Assembly (NCBI GenBank): GCA_951804945.1
Contig: OX638158.1
Coordinates: 42,904,001-42,968,000, forward strand
Origin: Podarcis cretensis
Taxonomy: Eukaryota
Reading direction: 5' to 3'
DNA: 64,000 nucleotides
Each line of letters begins with the position of its first letter. The stretch's first letter is position 1. A program made the translations under genes and the position numbers. The notes beneath the pieces are model-generated. The model had not been told where the DNA came from, made no database searches, and saw only the letters and a program-made list of their open reading frames with translations. Below are positions 11,854 through 25,345 of the stretch, one piece after another.

Positions 11854-12942
11854 TATGACTTAAAACTAATTTATTTTGGCTGGAACTTTTTCCCACTGCT
11901 ATGAACAAGGTGCACATGCAGAACAGCATTAAAGGGGCTATCAAGCCTTAGCCAGTGACTAATTCCTCAAGAGAAGTCAGATAATTCTGTGGTTTATAAA
12001 TGACACATGGAAGTTTTCCAGCTGTGGAAACTAGTTCTGTCCTGAAAATTTCTCTAATAATTCTCTAATAACTATTAGCCTACGTGTTGTGTTTGTATTG
12101 TGGCTGAAAATTTATCCTACATGTTTTTCAGCCATTCTCCATCAATTAATAACAAAAGAAACTGCATAAGAATACTGTCAAAAGGGGAGGGGAATTTTCA
12201 GTGCAGTTTTCAACAGTGGGATTTATTTATTTTTTTGAGCTTACCTTACTTTCAAGGTGGCCAAGGGGGGCTGCTGTGAGTGTCCTTTATTTCACTGTAC
12301 CAATCGTCTCTCCAGTGATCTGCACTCTGCAGCCTTCCTGGGTGCCCAGGTTTCCTGAAAACCCCATGACATCCTCAGCAGCTGGGCTTTCCTGTAAGTA
12401 TGGGAAGGTGGGGAGGCTGCCTACTTTGCATCTGATAGCTGTTCATTCCTTTTAAGTGCAGTATTTTTTATTATTAAAGAGATAGGTGTACCAATCTTAA
12501 GTACTTGGTAGCCAGACTCTCAGGCTACCATGCTTCAATTAAAGCTTAGTGGACTCCCCTGAGGTCTTTTCAGATTAGCAAGGACAGGCAACCAGGCAGA
12601 CTTCAGAGTGCTGGATAGAAGCTGAATGGAAAGGAAAAAACACACACCACCCATGGCCACCTTGCAGCAATAGAGTAAGCTCAACCCTGCACCAACCAAA
12701 GAATGAATTCTAAAGTACTCTGGGAAAGAGGGAGAAAAATGGAATATTGCTTTGCAGAGGGAGAAATGTTTCGAGAAACTGGAGGACAGGATTTGGCACA
12801 CAGCACTAGTGGAAACACCACAAATACAACTAGATCAAAACTTGAGAGAGAGGCTATTCTTCCGAACAACAGAAAGCCAGTAGCTTAGCACTTCTTTGGG
12901 ACAAAAATGAGTTCCCAGTGAAAAAACAGCAGCAATCCATAC

Positions 12943-13054
12943 CTTTATGAGTGTGGTCTGGGCCATTCAAAGCTCCTTGAATAGCAGCCTGCGCAGCTGA
13001 GTTCTGGGCTTTCAGCATTTCAATGGTTTCTCGTAGTTCTATAAGTTCTGATTC
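12943..13054 (-). CDS. NAV3: NAV3 coding exon (112 nt): ESELIELRETIEMLKAQNSAAQAAIQGALNGPDHTHK
   Basis: Acceptor ttcccaaag|GAA, donor AAA G|gtatgg; phase 0 to 1. Confidence 0.95.
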
Positions 13055-14946
13055 CTTTGGGAACAGTAGAAAAAGTCACAAAAGTATCAGAGTAACTATG
13101 GTTTCCACCCCCCACTGGGGTCAAAATGCACTTTTTGCATTGTAATTTGGGTGAAATTCAGGTGAAAACTAGGCATCATGTATGCTTTTCAACTCAGCTA
13201 ATACAGTATGTCAGAACCATCAGGTTAGAAGCTATTTATCTCTATAAAATACTGCATAACAAGAATTTTGAAGAAAATAATACAAACATCTATTAAAATG
13301 TATTTCATTTCTTATGAGATGAAGCAATGTAACTCATCTTTTCACTTGGCAGGGGACGGTTTTAACAAGTGTAATGCACAGTTTTAATTTAAACTGCATT
13401 TAACATTTCTGTTTCTAGTTCTCATTTTATATAATGAGGATTAAAGCTACTGAAGGAATTTGACCTTAGCAGCAACATGGAAGAAGAAAAAGAAAAGCTT
13501 ATATGCTCAAATGTCTGGGAAAGCTTATTGAAGTCAGTGCCAGTGCTATAATCTCTTTGAGAAAGGAAGCCCGAAGCTTTATAGAAGATGAAAAGATCAA
13601 ACTGGAAGAAATTCCTTTTGAGAAATTATTATTATTACAGTGGTTCACTTGTGTGTCCTTAGGCAGAAGGTGAATTTGTAGTAGATCCCTGGTCTGTAGT
13701 AACTTTGGTGTAGATCTGCACTTGTATATACTCGTGTTATCTCAATGTAGAATTTATAGGAAGTAACTGGTATTACCACCACCATCTTGGTATTACTACC
13801 AAGCTACTGCTTTGCACCTGGCTTCTTCCCCAGCCACTTTTCTCCCCAGCGGACTCTAGGGATCTACTAGCAGACAAAATAGATCCTACAATCCTGAAAT
13901 AACCTATCCCTACAGGAGCAACTTAATTGAGTACGTAGTCACAGCACAAGAGAAGCTAATGAACATGATCCTCACACATGTCTTAATTGGAAACAAGAGG
14001 TGTGCAAGGAAAAGTTATTTTGCCTTTGCCTTCATTTCATTTTCCAGTTATTTTGTTTACAGTATTAATAACCTGCTCCTCAACAAATGGTCCCAGGACT
14101 AAATAAATACATCATTAAAATCATAAATTAAGGGGGGGGGAATATAATCTCATATACATAAACATTCTACCCATCATTAAACCATCAATTTGAGCAGCAT
14201 TCATTCATCCATCTGCACTTTTCAATGGAGGATCCTGCCAATTCTTTTCTGCAACCTGTAGCTTTGATGTTTCTGTCCAAATGGTATGAAATCATATTCA
14301 GCATTAGGAAAGCACTGTCCACACATTTATTTTTTTTGCCCTCATAGCTTGTTTTCAAACCTCATGGGCTAAAACGGATCATCGGATTTCATTGTGACAG
14401 CAAAATGATTGACAGACAGGAGGGCCTATGGAGATGAGGACTTGGTCCATCAGCCAGATCCAGTTTCCCAACCCTGACTTAAAAGTATTGCAAAACAAGC
14501 AAAGTCAAAACCAAATCCAGCCCCAGCTGCTCCAAGATAACACTTGCTACTGGCTCGTTTTCCTATCTTTGTAATATCTCTTCTTTCTAATATTTAGCGT
14601 TTTGACAATGCTGGCAGACTGGAACAAGCACTTCACTTGGTTTATGACCACCTTTTGTTGCTTAATCTTTCAATACAGATTAAATTCAGAGTCACAAATG
14701 TTTTAATTAAAATCTGGAAATGAAAGATTTTATCATCACACTGCCCTCTGATATAGCTTGGCTAAATCTGATGGTGTGCAACGTTATTCTTATTGCGTTT
14801 TCACGAAGCATCGATAGTCATAAGAAAAAATTGATGCACCTGCCTGTTTATTCTTACAGCTGTCCTTTCATTCAGCCTTCAATACAAACTTTAATATAAA
14901 CCAAGAACGGTTTTCCACATTAAAGCATCTGCTGTTTCTAACATAC

Positions 14947-15030
14947 CTTTTGTTCAGCTGTCATTGTTAGGCTTTGCAGCCGGCCCGTCATATTTCCTAA
15001 GCTCTTTTCAAAAGCTGCTACAAGATGGGC
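14947..15030 (-). CDS. NAV3: NAV3 coding exon (84 nt): AHLVAAFEKSLGNMTGRLQSLTMTAEQK (coiled coil)
   Basis: Acceptor cttcacag|GCC, donor AAG|gtatgt; phase 0 to 0. Confidence 0.95.
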
Positions 15031-15904
15031 CTGTGAAGAAGATGGGGTGGTGGGGAGTCAGTCAAATGTCAATAGGTTTCAAATGCACTATACAAAATCT
15101 ATACAATATGCTTGAATGTACTTCTGCTTAACAAAAAAACACAACCCTACATGACCATCACCATCAAAAGTTACTTCTATTTAAATTCCTAATTGTTCTC
15201 CAACCTCCTTGCACTTTCCTATCTGCATGAGGCAGACACTACTCCCAGCTGTCCGTAGTACACAGTGTCAATTCCAGTTTCTCTGTAGAATTCTGTGGCT
15301 TTGGGGCAATACCAGATCAATTGTACAGTTGTGATGCTTTGCCCAGTACAATTATTTGGGCATTCTTTAACAAGAACATATTTCACCTGGACTTGCTATA
15401 GAATAGCAACCCTTAAATATGGCAGCACTGTACTTGATTGTGCCCTACTCCAAACTAGAGGTCTGCCAAAAGTTCAGTGTTTCTAGTTTCTGCTAGAAAT
15501 GGTTTTTGGGTGCCTAAAGGAGCACCCAAAAGTGTTGGAAAGATTTGTCGAGTGAATTTCTTGGAAAGCCCCCCCCCCCCAGTCCTATTGAGAGTCGGGC
15601 AGCACCCAAGCTTTCTGGAATCTTTTAAAACCATCTTTCAAGCATTCCGAAGTTCACGAACCTGCATTTTGCTCTACAAATCCTCCTCAGAACATTGTTA
15701 TATCTTTATTCAAGGGCCTTCTGGGGAAGAATAATGGCAGTCAGCAGTTTGGAGCACCGCCACCAGCAGCAGCCACAAAATTCAACTTTTGCCACCCCAG
15801 GCACAGCAAAAAGTTTAAAAAGAGGGGAAAACATGAAAATAGAAATTGCCAGGAGTGCACAGCTGCCAGCATGAAATAGTCACATGAAATGTTTTAAAGG
15901 GTTA

Positions 15905-16259
15905 AGGTAAAGGTAAAGGGACCCCTGACCATTAGGTCCAGTCGTGGCCGACTCTGGGGTTGCGGAGCTCATCTCGCTTTAGTGGCCGAGAGAGCTGGCG
16001 TACAGCTTCCAGGTCATGTGGGCAGCATGACTAAGCCGTTTCTGGCGAACCAAAGCAGCGCACGAAAACACCGTTTACCTTCCCACCGGAGCGGTGCCTA
16101 TTTATCTACTTGCACTTTGACGTGCTTTTGAACTGCTAGGTTGGCAGGAGGAGGGACCGAGCAACGGGAGCTCACCCCATTGCGGGGATTTGAACCACCG
16201 ACCGTCTGATCGTCAAGTCCTAGGCTCTGTGGTTTAACCCACAGCGCCACCTGCGTCCC
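15905..16259 (-). mobile_element. Sauria SINE, near full length
   Basis: (AAAGGT)n tail followed by the body GGGACCCCTGACCATTAGGTCCAGTCG..., with the tRNA-derived head at the right end. Imperfect TSD TTTAAAG(G/T)GTTA. Confidence 0.88.
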
Positions 16260-17725
16260 TTTAAAGTGTTACCTGCTGAAAAAAAGTGATTAAACCCCTC
16301 AGTGCATTTTTACGATCCACATGGCCCAGTAAATTTTGGGGTGGGGGAGAGAGGGAATGTCATGGTTCTGCCTAAAGTGTGTGTTTAATAATTACAATAA
16401 GAGTAACTTAATCACCAACTAATCCAATTCAAAATGCATCCTCTGCTGTTGCTTTCACATTTTGTCCTTCCTCTAAAATGTGCATTCAGAAGATTTCCCC
16501 CACCCCTTTTGCTTTATTCAGTAAGCCAGTTTAAAAGAACCAATAATTGTGTGCAGAAGGGATACATGTGTCTATTTTTATGTTTGGTTGCTGGCTAAAT
16601 ATATTTTGTATGCACTTTCCAAACTAATAAAGCATTTTAAAGTGGTGGTGGGGTGTTGAATTTGATAGCACAAGAAGTACGAAAACCCCCTCAGATATAG
16701 AAAACAATCATAGTGTGAAATATTAATATAATCTCACAGCAGGAAGAAGACTGGCTATGCTTCTGTTTGCTTGCTTTAAATATGCACGAGTCGGGTTGAA
16801 AAAGTCCGCTCAGAAGAAGGTAACATAACATGAGAATTTTATTTTCCCTGACAACTAACAAGCATTTTGAGGCTAAGGGAAAGGTCATCTTAAGGCAAGT
16901 GAACAAGTTAGGCACGAAGCTATATGATAGCAGTCTTATGTATTATGACCATCTGAATCCACTTCCTGTGCTGATGTTATTAAAACTGAATGCTTTTCAA
17001 TGAATAAAACCTAATTGGGGATTATTCTGTGAACAGAGAAATATACCTGGTCCCATAATACCTACTGGAAAAGCCATCAGGTGCCTCACCTGTTTATACC
17101 ATGAAACTAATGTGAACCAAACACTCAAGGCATATCCAGGAATATGAAGTCTTTATTTGTGTGATCTCCCCACTTTGTTGGAGAGGCCAGTCTGTTTGGA
17201 AACCATGGTTGCGTCAAAGTATAGTGGCAAGATTACTACGTGGGACCACAACTATGATACATCAATTCTGAAATAATTACACTGGTTCCAAGTATAAGCC
17301 AGTATGCACCAATCTCTGGCCTTCTCCCACTTGGATGTTTGATCTCCCTTCCCTCAGCACCCCATCTTAGCACTATTCCTTACAATAAATAAGACCTACT
17401 ACTTTTAGTAGATGTTTGCAATTTTTTAATATATATATAGAGAGAGAGATCATCAAAGGCCAGCAAAGCACTGAGCTACCTTGTGCAGATCCTGCTTCAT
17501 CTCAAACAAGCCCAAAATTACTCTGAGTCAACCCCTAGTTGAGCTTGGGATTTGACCACATCTCATGTATATCCCTAGTTTCAAGTCCATTTTTTAGCAT
17601 GGCTCACAGAGCTCGTTTAACTTTAAAAGCCCTAAATAACTTGGGAATCAGTCAAACCCAGGAACTGTGTGGACCACTTAATCGTGCAAGAATGTTCTAG
17701 GTATTATAATTTTCTATTTCTATTA

Positions 17726-17974
17726 CCATCATCCCTGACCACTGGTCCTGCTAGCTAGGGATCATGGGAGTTGCAGGTCAAAAACATCTGGAGGGGCGAG
17801 GTTGAGGAAGTCTGCTCTAACCACCTTGATCCCAGTGACAGCAAGACAGCAAGGCTACTCTTATCACCTCCTTCCCAGACCCAGCATCATAAGCACAGGA
17901 AGACCCCACTTCAACGTCTTTTTAAACGACCTGGACAAGAGTTGACAGGATGCTTATCAAATTTGCAGATGACA
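17726..17974 (+). repeat. Near-identical non-tandem copy of 19304-19554
   Basis: By eye, about 1 substitution and one 2-bp indel over about 250 bp. Confidence 0.92.
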
Positions 17975-19256
17975 ATAAGAGGTGATGTGGGTGGCGATGG
18001 CAGGTCCAACCTCTTTTGGACTTTCTTCTCAGGGATATTTGCATGGTATAGATTTTGTTTCGTTTTCAGCAACAGGTGAAAATCTTTTTAATGAGCTCCA
18101 GGATTCCTGGGCCTTGGCTTTAATGTTGTTTTGCCTCGTGCTCAGCTTTAAATTTGTCAGTATCTGTTCATTTCAGCCTTTCCCAATGCAGTTCCCAAAG
18201 ACTTTGGACTACAATTCCCATCAGCCTCAGCCAGCATGGCCAATAGTTAGGGATGATGGGGGTTGTATGGGAGACATCACATTAGGTTCATATTGTTTTC
18301 ATTGACTTTATGCTGCATTTCAAGCTGCTTTGGGAAGCTCTGTGACCTGAACAGTAGGTTAATAAATGCCCCCAAAAGCAAAGTAACTAAATCTGCAGTT
18401 GGGTACACAACTACCTCACAAGTTACACTATATGAGTATTGAAGAGAAGAAACCTATTGCTACTCCATATATAACTGCAACACAAAAAAACAACCACACA
18501 GAAATTACACAATGAATTTTTGAGCTTGAATATCTCAAAGGAACAGTCACAGATCTGAAGAGAAGAAAGTGGATCAGAATGTACAAATGCACAAGTTAAC
18601 TTTGTTGACAAATAATTTCTCCTCCTCCTATATTTAAGTTCCCCAGTAATGTTTGTCAGATACAAAGGAAAATATTGTTTTGTCCAGATAAATATGACAT
18701 TTAAAGGTAGGGAAATTATACCAGAAGTTGGTTTTGTCCAGGTAACTTGAGTTCTGTGTACAGCTCTGCCTCCCACCCCCATAATAAGCTTCCTGTGATG
18801 CACTATAAAGGTGATGGGCTTACTACTGTGCCCAGATCTTCACAGAATGATAACTATGTCAAAAATATTGATTTTCAGAAGTCTGTGATAAAATGCATGT
18901 TCCCTGTGCACTGACATGCTATAACTTTGAAGTACGAACATAACTGTGTCCGAATGATGATAGATCTTCCTTTGTTTCGCTCAGATATATTCTGCCAAGA
19001 ACATAAATGGAAGCAGACTTTGCAGTATCTAAAGTCTACAAACCACACTGAATACAATCAAATGCTTCCAGGAGGAATATGCTACAAGTAACTCAGTTGT
19101 GGCACTAATTGAGGAGTATGGCTGCATTCCAGAAAAGATGGGGAAGTGGCATATAAGGACAATACTAGGGTCTCTATAGCCCTACTGGTGGCTCCAATCC
19201 ATAAGACCATGAAAGAAGGAAGAGGAAGAAGAAAATCATACTGGCACACTCTAACC

Positions 19257-19392
19257 CAGGCTTCCTCAACCTCGGCCCTCCAGATGTTTTGAGATTACAA
19301 TTCCCATCATCCCTGACCACTGGTCCTGCTAGCTAGGGATCATGGGAGTTGCAGGTCAAAAACATCTGGAGGGGCGAGGTTGAGGAAGTCTG
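19257..19392. mobile_element. Palindromic hAT MITE
   Basis: TIRs CAGGCTTCCTCAACCT / AGGTTGAGGAAGTCTG; exact 8-bp TSD CTCTAACC. Confidence 0.88.
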
Positions 19393-19487
19393 CTCTAACC
19401 ACCTTGATCCCAGTGACAGCAAGACAGCAAGGCTACTCTTATCACCTCCTTCCCAGACCCAGCATCATAAGCACAGGAAGACCCCAC

Positions 19488-21091
19488 TTCAACGTCTTTT
19501 TAAACAACCTGGACAAAAGAGTTGACAGGATGCTTATCAAATTTGCAGATGACACCAAACTGGGAAGAGTAGCTAATGGTGCAGAAGACATAATCAGAAT
19601 TCAAAATGACCTTAACAGATTGGAGAACTGGGCCCAAACTAGCAAAATGAATTTCAGAAGGGACAAATGTCAGGTTCTGCACTTAGGCAGGAAGAACCAG
19701 ATGCACGAATATAAGATTGGGGACACCTGGCTTGCCAGTAGTACATGTGAAGAGGCTTTAGGGGTCTTAGCAAACCACAAGCATCAACAGCAAAAAAAGC
19801 CGATGCTATTATAGGCTGCATCAACAGAATTATAGTGTCCAGATCAAGGGAAGTAATAGTACCACTTTATTCTGCCCTGGTCAGACCACATCTGGAATAC
19901 TGTGTCCAGTTCTGGGCACCACAATTTAAGGAGGATATTGACAAGCTGGAACATGTGCAAGCAGAGTGACCAAGATGATCAAGCGTCCGGAAATAAAGCC
20001 TTATGAGGAACAGTTGAGGGAGTTGGGTATGTTCAGTCTATAGAAGAGAAGACTAAGAGGAGATATGATAGCTATCTTCAAATATCTAAAGGGCTGTCAC
20101 TCGGTAGATGGAGTGAGCTTGTTTTCTCCTGCTCCGGAGAGTAGGACTTGAACCAATGGGTGCAAGTTGCAAGAAAGGAGATTCCGACTGAACATCAGGA
20201 AGAACTTTCTGACAGTAAGAGGTGTTTGACAGAGGAATAAACTCCCTCAGGTGGTGATGGACTCTCCTTCTGAAGCACGTGAACGTAAGCAGGTACTCGC
20301 TTGGTGTTAAATAAGGATCAGGCAGACGCAGCCATGGAGAATAAGAAGGTGAAGTTTATTGCCGGGCAATAAGGACCCAGTTTGGAATCTCTTCCAAAAG
20401 GAACTGGGACCCCGATTGACAGAAATCCAGAGGTCTTTATACCTGAGCAGATCACAGCAAATCATAGATCATGAGACAACCATGAGACAGTCACGATATT
20501 GCCAGCGAAAATTAGCCAGTTAGCAAGCTTCTTGCCATGCTTCCAGCTCCTGGTCAAGCACTGGTCAAGCACTGAGTTCTAGTTCTGCTTTCCGATGCTT
20601 GCAGTGACGCTCTGTCTAACCTCTCCCCTAGTTATGACAGGACAGGGAGTTTGGAGATTTTGTGGTTTTGCTCTTCCTGTTCTGTGTATTAATTTAGCCT
20701 GTATCTGAGGGGATTTTGTACCAGAATCTCTGATTCACGTCTTCCCCTTGTCCAGGGTACACTGATGTTTGTAGGGGAAAGGTCGGCTCCTAATTTTGCT
20801 GTTTCAAGCAGTATGCAGTTAGCTAAGGCACAGCTTCCCTTTGATTCAAAATGGATTATAAAATACTGTAAGCCCTGATTATGTGTGAGCATATACGAAT
20901 ATATTGATTTCTGATAACTGATTATATGAATAGCATAGGGGTAGCCCTTCTTCCTTGCCTCACTTCCTTGGAGGTTGAATAGCCATCTGTCCTAGGTGCT
21001 TTAGTTAAGATTATGCATTGCAGGGGTTTGGACTAGATGATCCTCAGAGTCTCCTTCCAACTCTACAATTCTTTAATTCTCTGATTCTATG
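19488..21091 (+). mobile_element. CR1 LINE 3' fragment (degenerate RT), interrupted by an LTR at 20271-20962
   Basis: Peptide LIKFADDTKLG..IQNDLNRLENW..MNF..KCQVLHLGRKN; CR1-type 3' UTR ending in ATTCTATG-like repeats. Confidence 0.92.
20271..20962 (-). mobile_element. Solo LTR (692 bp), ERV-like
   Basis: TG...CA ends; 4-bp TSD CTTC splitting the CR1; minus-strand TATAAA (20436-20441) upstream of AATAAA (20355-20360). Confidence 0.82.
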
Positions 21092-24000
21092 TATTAATGC
21101 AAAATTCACTTTTTAAATTAAAAAGCACCAATCAAATAATATTCAGCATTAAAACTGACAATTGCATTCCAACAGAGAAAGCACTTTTGCTGCATTATGA
21201 ATATCATGGCTGAAATGCTTATTGCTAGGCAACTGTCACTTCTACAGAGAATATATATATATACTTCAAAAATTTAAGTTGGGTTCTTGTCTTGCACTAT
21301 TGATTTTATTTTATTTTTTGAAAAAATGGAACAATGGTCCATTTTTCCTTGAGTAACAGTATATGTGGGGGAGGTCTTCAGATTTTTGACAGTTCATGCC
21401 TTATTTTTTAAGATTTATTTTAAGGAAAAGGAATGTGTTCATTTAAATTTAAATTAACAGCAGTTCCACCCTATCCATGAGTGAGGCCTCCTGGGCAAGG
21501 ATAGGGACGGATAAAAGTCTCCTAATTTAATACCTTAGGGAAACTTCTGAATTAATTTGTCTACTTAGGACAGCCATAGACCCCATGTACATGGCATAGG
21601 CATTGTCACAATCCCTCTCCCCTAACCCAGACCAGACCTCCTCTGAGGAAGAGAAACCTGTAGAGAAACCCAGTACCACCTTGCAAGAACCACAAGCCTA
21701 AAGTGCCTTGTCTCGTGAATTTCTCACCTGTGCACCCCCAGTAACCAATGCCAGTTCTGCATTCCCTGCTCTCCAGGCCTCAAGATGTGCTGATCAAAGA
21801 GAAACCGAATATGCTAGGTAGGCCCAAAGATAAGTGATAGTAATGACATTTCAATCTGGTAGTAAGTCTGCTGGTTAGATACAAATTGAACTAAAAGAAC
21901 ACCTTTTTTTAAAAAATAGTTCTGGGATTTCCCCTTCAGCAGTTCAGAAGCAAACAACAAAGGGAAATTCAATCATCAAGTTGAAGTAACTGGAAATCAA
22001 GGCATCAGCAGCAGCTGGAGTTTGAGTAGATTAAATTGTAAAAAAAGGAAGATGCTTTGGGCTTTATCAGCTGAGATGAATAACTAGATACCGAACAGAG
22101 CACAGGAGTCTCAGATAAGATAATCTGGCCTAACAAACAAGAGATAAAACACATGCTTGCTAAATTATGGCTTCCAATAGGTATTGTTACTAAGTCAGAA
22201 AACAGGAAAGTGTAAAAAGATGTGCAAAAAGACATTTCAATTTTTATTCTGACAAAGATTGCGCACACAAATCTAAATGATGCATTGATTGAGGCCAAAG
22301 TGTAACTTAATGGGGCAAATTTGTAGTAACTAAAGTTCCATTGATTTCAGTGTGACTAAAATGGCCCACAGACCTAACCTGGTCCACCAGATCTCTGCCT
22401 GGCATTCTCCCCACGTCACACCCTCTACTCCTAAGCAATGGCTCTTTTCCTCCTACCTCTACTGTTCCATAGCAAGCAGCATGTGCAGGATGACTTCTTC
22501 CTACATCATCTGCTCATTTTATTTCTATCCTACGCTAAGAAAAGGACTTGCCTTTCTTCTTTCACAGTGATGAAACACTGAAAACTAGTAACACAGGAAG
22601 TCTTGTAAAACTGTTCAAACCTTTTCAAATTAAGTTTAAATTTTCACTTCTGTGGTTACTGCTAATCTAGGATGCATTACTCTTGCTGGCCATAAATGGA
22701 AGCCGAAGTTCTGACACTGACTGACCGTAGCAAGTTGTTCAAAAATTGTTTGTCAAAGTAGAGCAGAATATGGATTTTTGGGGTTCATCCTTCAACAGGA
22801 TTAATAATTTAATATGGTGGATACTAGCTACACAAAAGGAATCTTATATGTCCAGAATTACAACACCTTCAATCATACAAGTGGGTTCCCTTTAGGGAAA
22901 GGAGCAATTTCAAAAGATAAGCTGCTAGAGTACTACAAAAAGTTGGAAACGTAGTCCGTATCTGAACTTCTCTGCTCCTAGTCAGTCACATTTCAAAACA
23001 CAAAACGATAAAAATGTTGCATTATTCAAAAGCACCCACCAATGTCACCAGCTGACACCTGACATTTTATTTTCTGACAGTAGTAATTGCTGTGTTTCAA
23101 CAAAAGCTAAAATCATTTTGTAGAAGCTCAAAATCCCAGCAGCTACCTCCTTTTGGATTTTTTTTTTCCAAGTCACATTTCACACAATCCTTTACGTACT
23201 GCGTACATAAAACAATCAAACATGAGTAGTTATCATTGTCTTACTGACAGAAGAAATGTCTGTAGCTGTAACTCTGCCCATGTTTCTTTTTTTACTTTTA
23301 TGATTAAGTGTTTAATAAGTAGAATGTAAATATCATTCAAATAGAAAGAATAAAAATATCTCACATAAAAGCAATAGCACTTTTTATTATAAGCAAGAAT
23401 TTGAAATCCCACCATCGTGATTTCCCCGATCCTAGAAAAAAATACTTAACTTTTAGTGTGGCCATAGAAACGCCTGACTAAATATCTGCGCCAAGCACTT
23501 TGAGAGCCACAATGCTAACACTGCATCAGAAACAGTGGGAGGTAGTTGTTTTGATCCCTGCCCAGTGCACATAAGTGAATTATACAAGGTGGTGATGCTG
23601 TGAGGAATTTCAGCTGAGCAAACAATATTGCTCGGCTCTTAACAGTAGGAAACACAGATAAAAAATAGCATTACCTTATGGAACAGGTGCGGAAAAGCAG
23701 ATATTTTAGGGTGATTGCTGGATAAAATGGCCAGTGAATGCTTTCTGAATTATTAGGAAATGCATGAAAGGGGGCAATGCCTTTCACCTTTAGCCCCCTG
23801 TTTTGCACAGTATAATCTTGGTTTGGGGTGGGTGGGAAAGGGAGGAGTTTGAAGCTCCATGAGCTAACAATATTTTGGAGAAAAGCACAAAATAAATAGT
23901 TACAATAAACAACAACAACAATAATTCTCCCTCCCACAGACACATTTAAAAAGCTGTAGAATATTTATCTGCTGAAGAAATACGACCTGTGCCATTGATA

Positions 24001-24092
24001 ATTGTGCAACCCGTACAGCACATAGGTGACAATTATTCACACAATTAATATTCTTTTTCAAAAACAATTTTTCACCATTTATCAAATTTGTG

Positions 24093-24142
24093 ACAACTAC
24101 TTACAAAGTGCCATAAAACAACTACTTACAAAGTGCCATAAA
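24093..24142. repeat. 25-bp tandem duplication
   Basis: ACAACTACTTACAAAGTGCCATAAA x2. Confidence 0.9.
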
Positions 24143-24458
24143 AACTTATAAGCTATCTAAAATAAAATGAACTTGCAGTGTCAGATTTTACTAAGTTCTT
24201 ACAACTTCTTGACTCAGTTTTTGTTTTTTCTTGTTTTTAGGTAAGTTCAAGAAGAATGTAGGTAAGTTCAATGATGTTCCCGGTAGCTGTGAAGTGCAGA
24301 TGGAAGACAGGGTGCTAGCGTTCTATCCCCATTTCGCCCTAGCTGTCCATAAAGTTGAAAAGCTGCTGTTTCACCCCTGATAGGGCCAATTTATTGGAGT
24401 TGGCTGATAGCCCACTCCCTGAGCAGAGTTTTCTGGGCTTCCTCAGTAGTCTCGAGCC

Positions 24459-24515
24459 ATTAATGTGACTATTAGTGTTAACTAATTATTAGTTAGCACT
24501 AATAGTCACATTAAT
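24459..24515. repeat. Inverted repeat, 27-bp arms, 3-nt spacer
   Basis: ATTAATGTGACTATTAGTGTTAACTAA-TTA-TTAGTTAGCACTAATAGTCACATTAAT, one mismatch. Confidence 0.92.
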
Positions 24516-24698
24516 TAATTAAACAGCAGCTCTTCAACTTTATGGACTGCTAGGGCTTGAAGAATAGGAGTATAAATGCCTTTCATCAGTCTCACCTGTG
24601 TTTGCAAAGGGATAATGGCAGTGGTCTTCCTCACATGATTACTGTGATTATAAAAGCATATATACATTAAAAGCCTGTAGAAATTATTAATGACTTAC

Positions 24699-24776
24699 AT
24701 TAGCTGACAGCTGTGATGTCAGGGTGGCCACTTTTTCCTGTGATGCAACCAGCTCCCTTCGTAGTTTATGAATTTG
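24699..24776 (-). CDS. NAV3: NAV3 coding exon (78 nt): QIHKLRRELVASQEKVATLTSQLSAN (coiled coil)
   Basis: Acceptor ccag|CAA, donor AAT|gtaagt; phase 0 to 0. Confidence 0.95.
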
Positions 24777-25011
24777 CTGGATGTGGGAACAAACACAAAT
24801 GTCTCTCAAAATATGCCAGTACAGTATAACCTTATGCTTTAACTAAGGCTATTCAATATGTGAAATTACAGTAGAAGAATAGCTGGTGGCATTTGTTCCA
24901 ACATTTGTGTATATGCTACAGACAGTACTGTATATCAAAGGCTTCATCTATGGTTAAAAAATTTCCATTAAGATACAACATATACACATCACATAAATCT
25001 AAATTTTAAGG

Positions 25012-25014
<3 letters not shown>

Positions 25015-25065
<51 letters not shown>
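25015..25065. repeat. (TA)n microsatellite
   Basis: Seen directly. Confidence 0.95.
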
Positions 25066-25068
<3 letters not shown>

Positions 25069-25224
25069 AAATGTGTGAAAGTTGATATGAACTGAATTGC
25101 ATAAGCTTAGTATTAAGCATGTGAAGCATGAGTTAATTTCTATCCAATGCAGTGCTGCGCTGAAAATTTAGCCCACTTTTTCTTTTTCTTTTACCATTCT
25201 CCATCAATTAGTGAGAAAACTGTA

Positions 25225-25345
25225 CAGTGGATGCTCGGGTTGCGAACGTAATCCCTGCGGGATGCACATTTGCAACCCGCAGCATTTGCAACCTGCGTTT
25301 GCATGTCTGCGCATGCGCGGGTTGCGATTCGATGCTTCTGCGCAT
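25225..25345. mobile_element. Truncated Tc1/mariner-type MITE (left end only)
   Basis: TA followed by CAGTGGATGCTCGGGTTGCG; internal GCGCATGCGC motif; no right TIR seen. Right boundary approximate. Confidence 0.6.

Noticed and set aside
21604-21848. TGTCA...TGACA segment as another solo LTR
   Set aside because: No TSD found, so not supportable.
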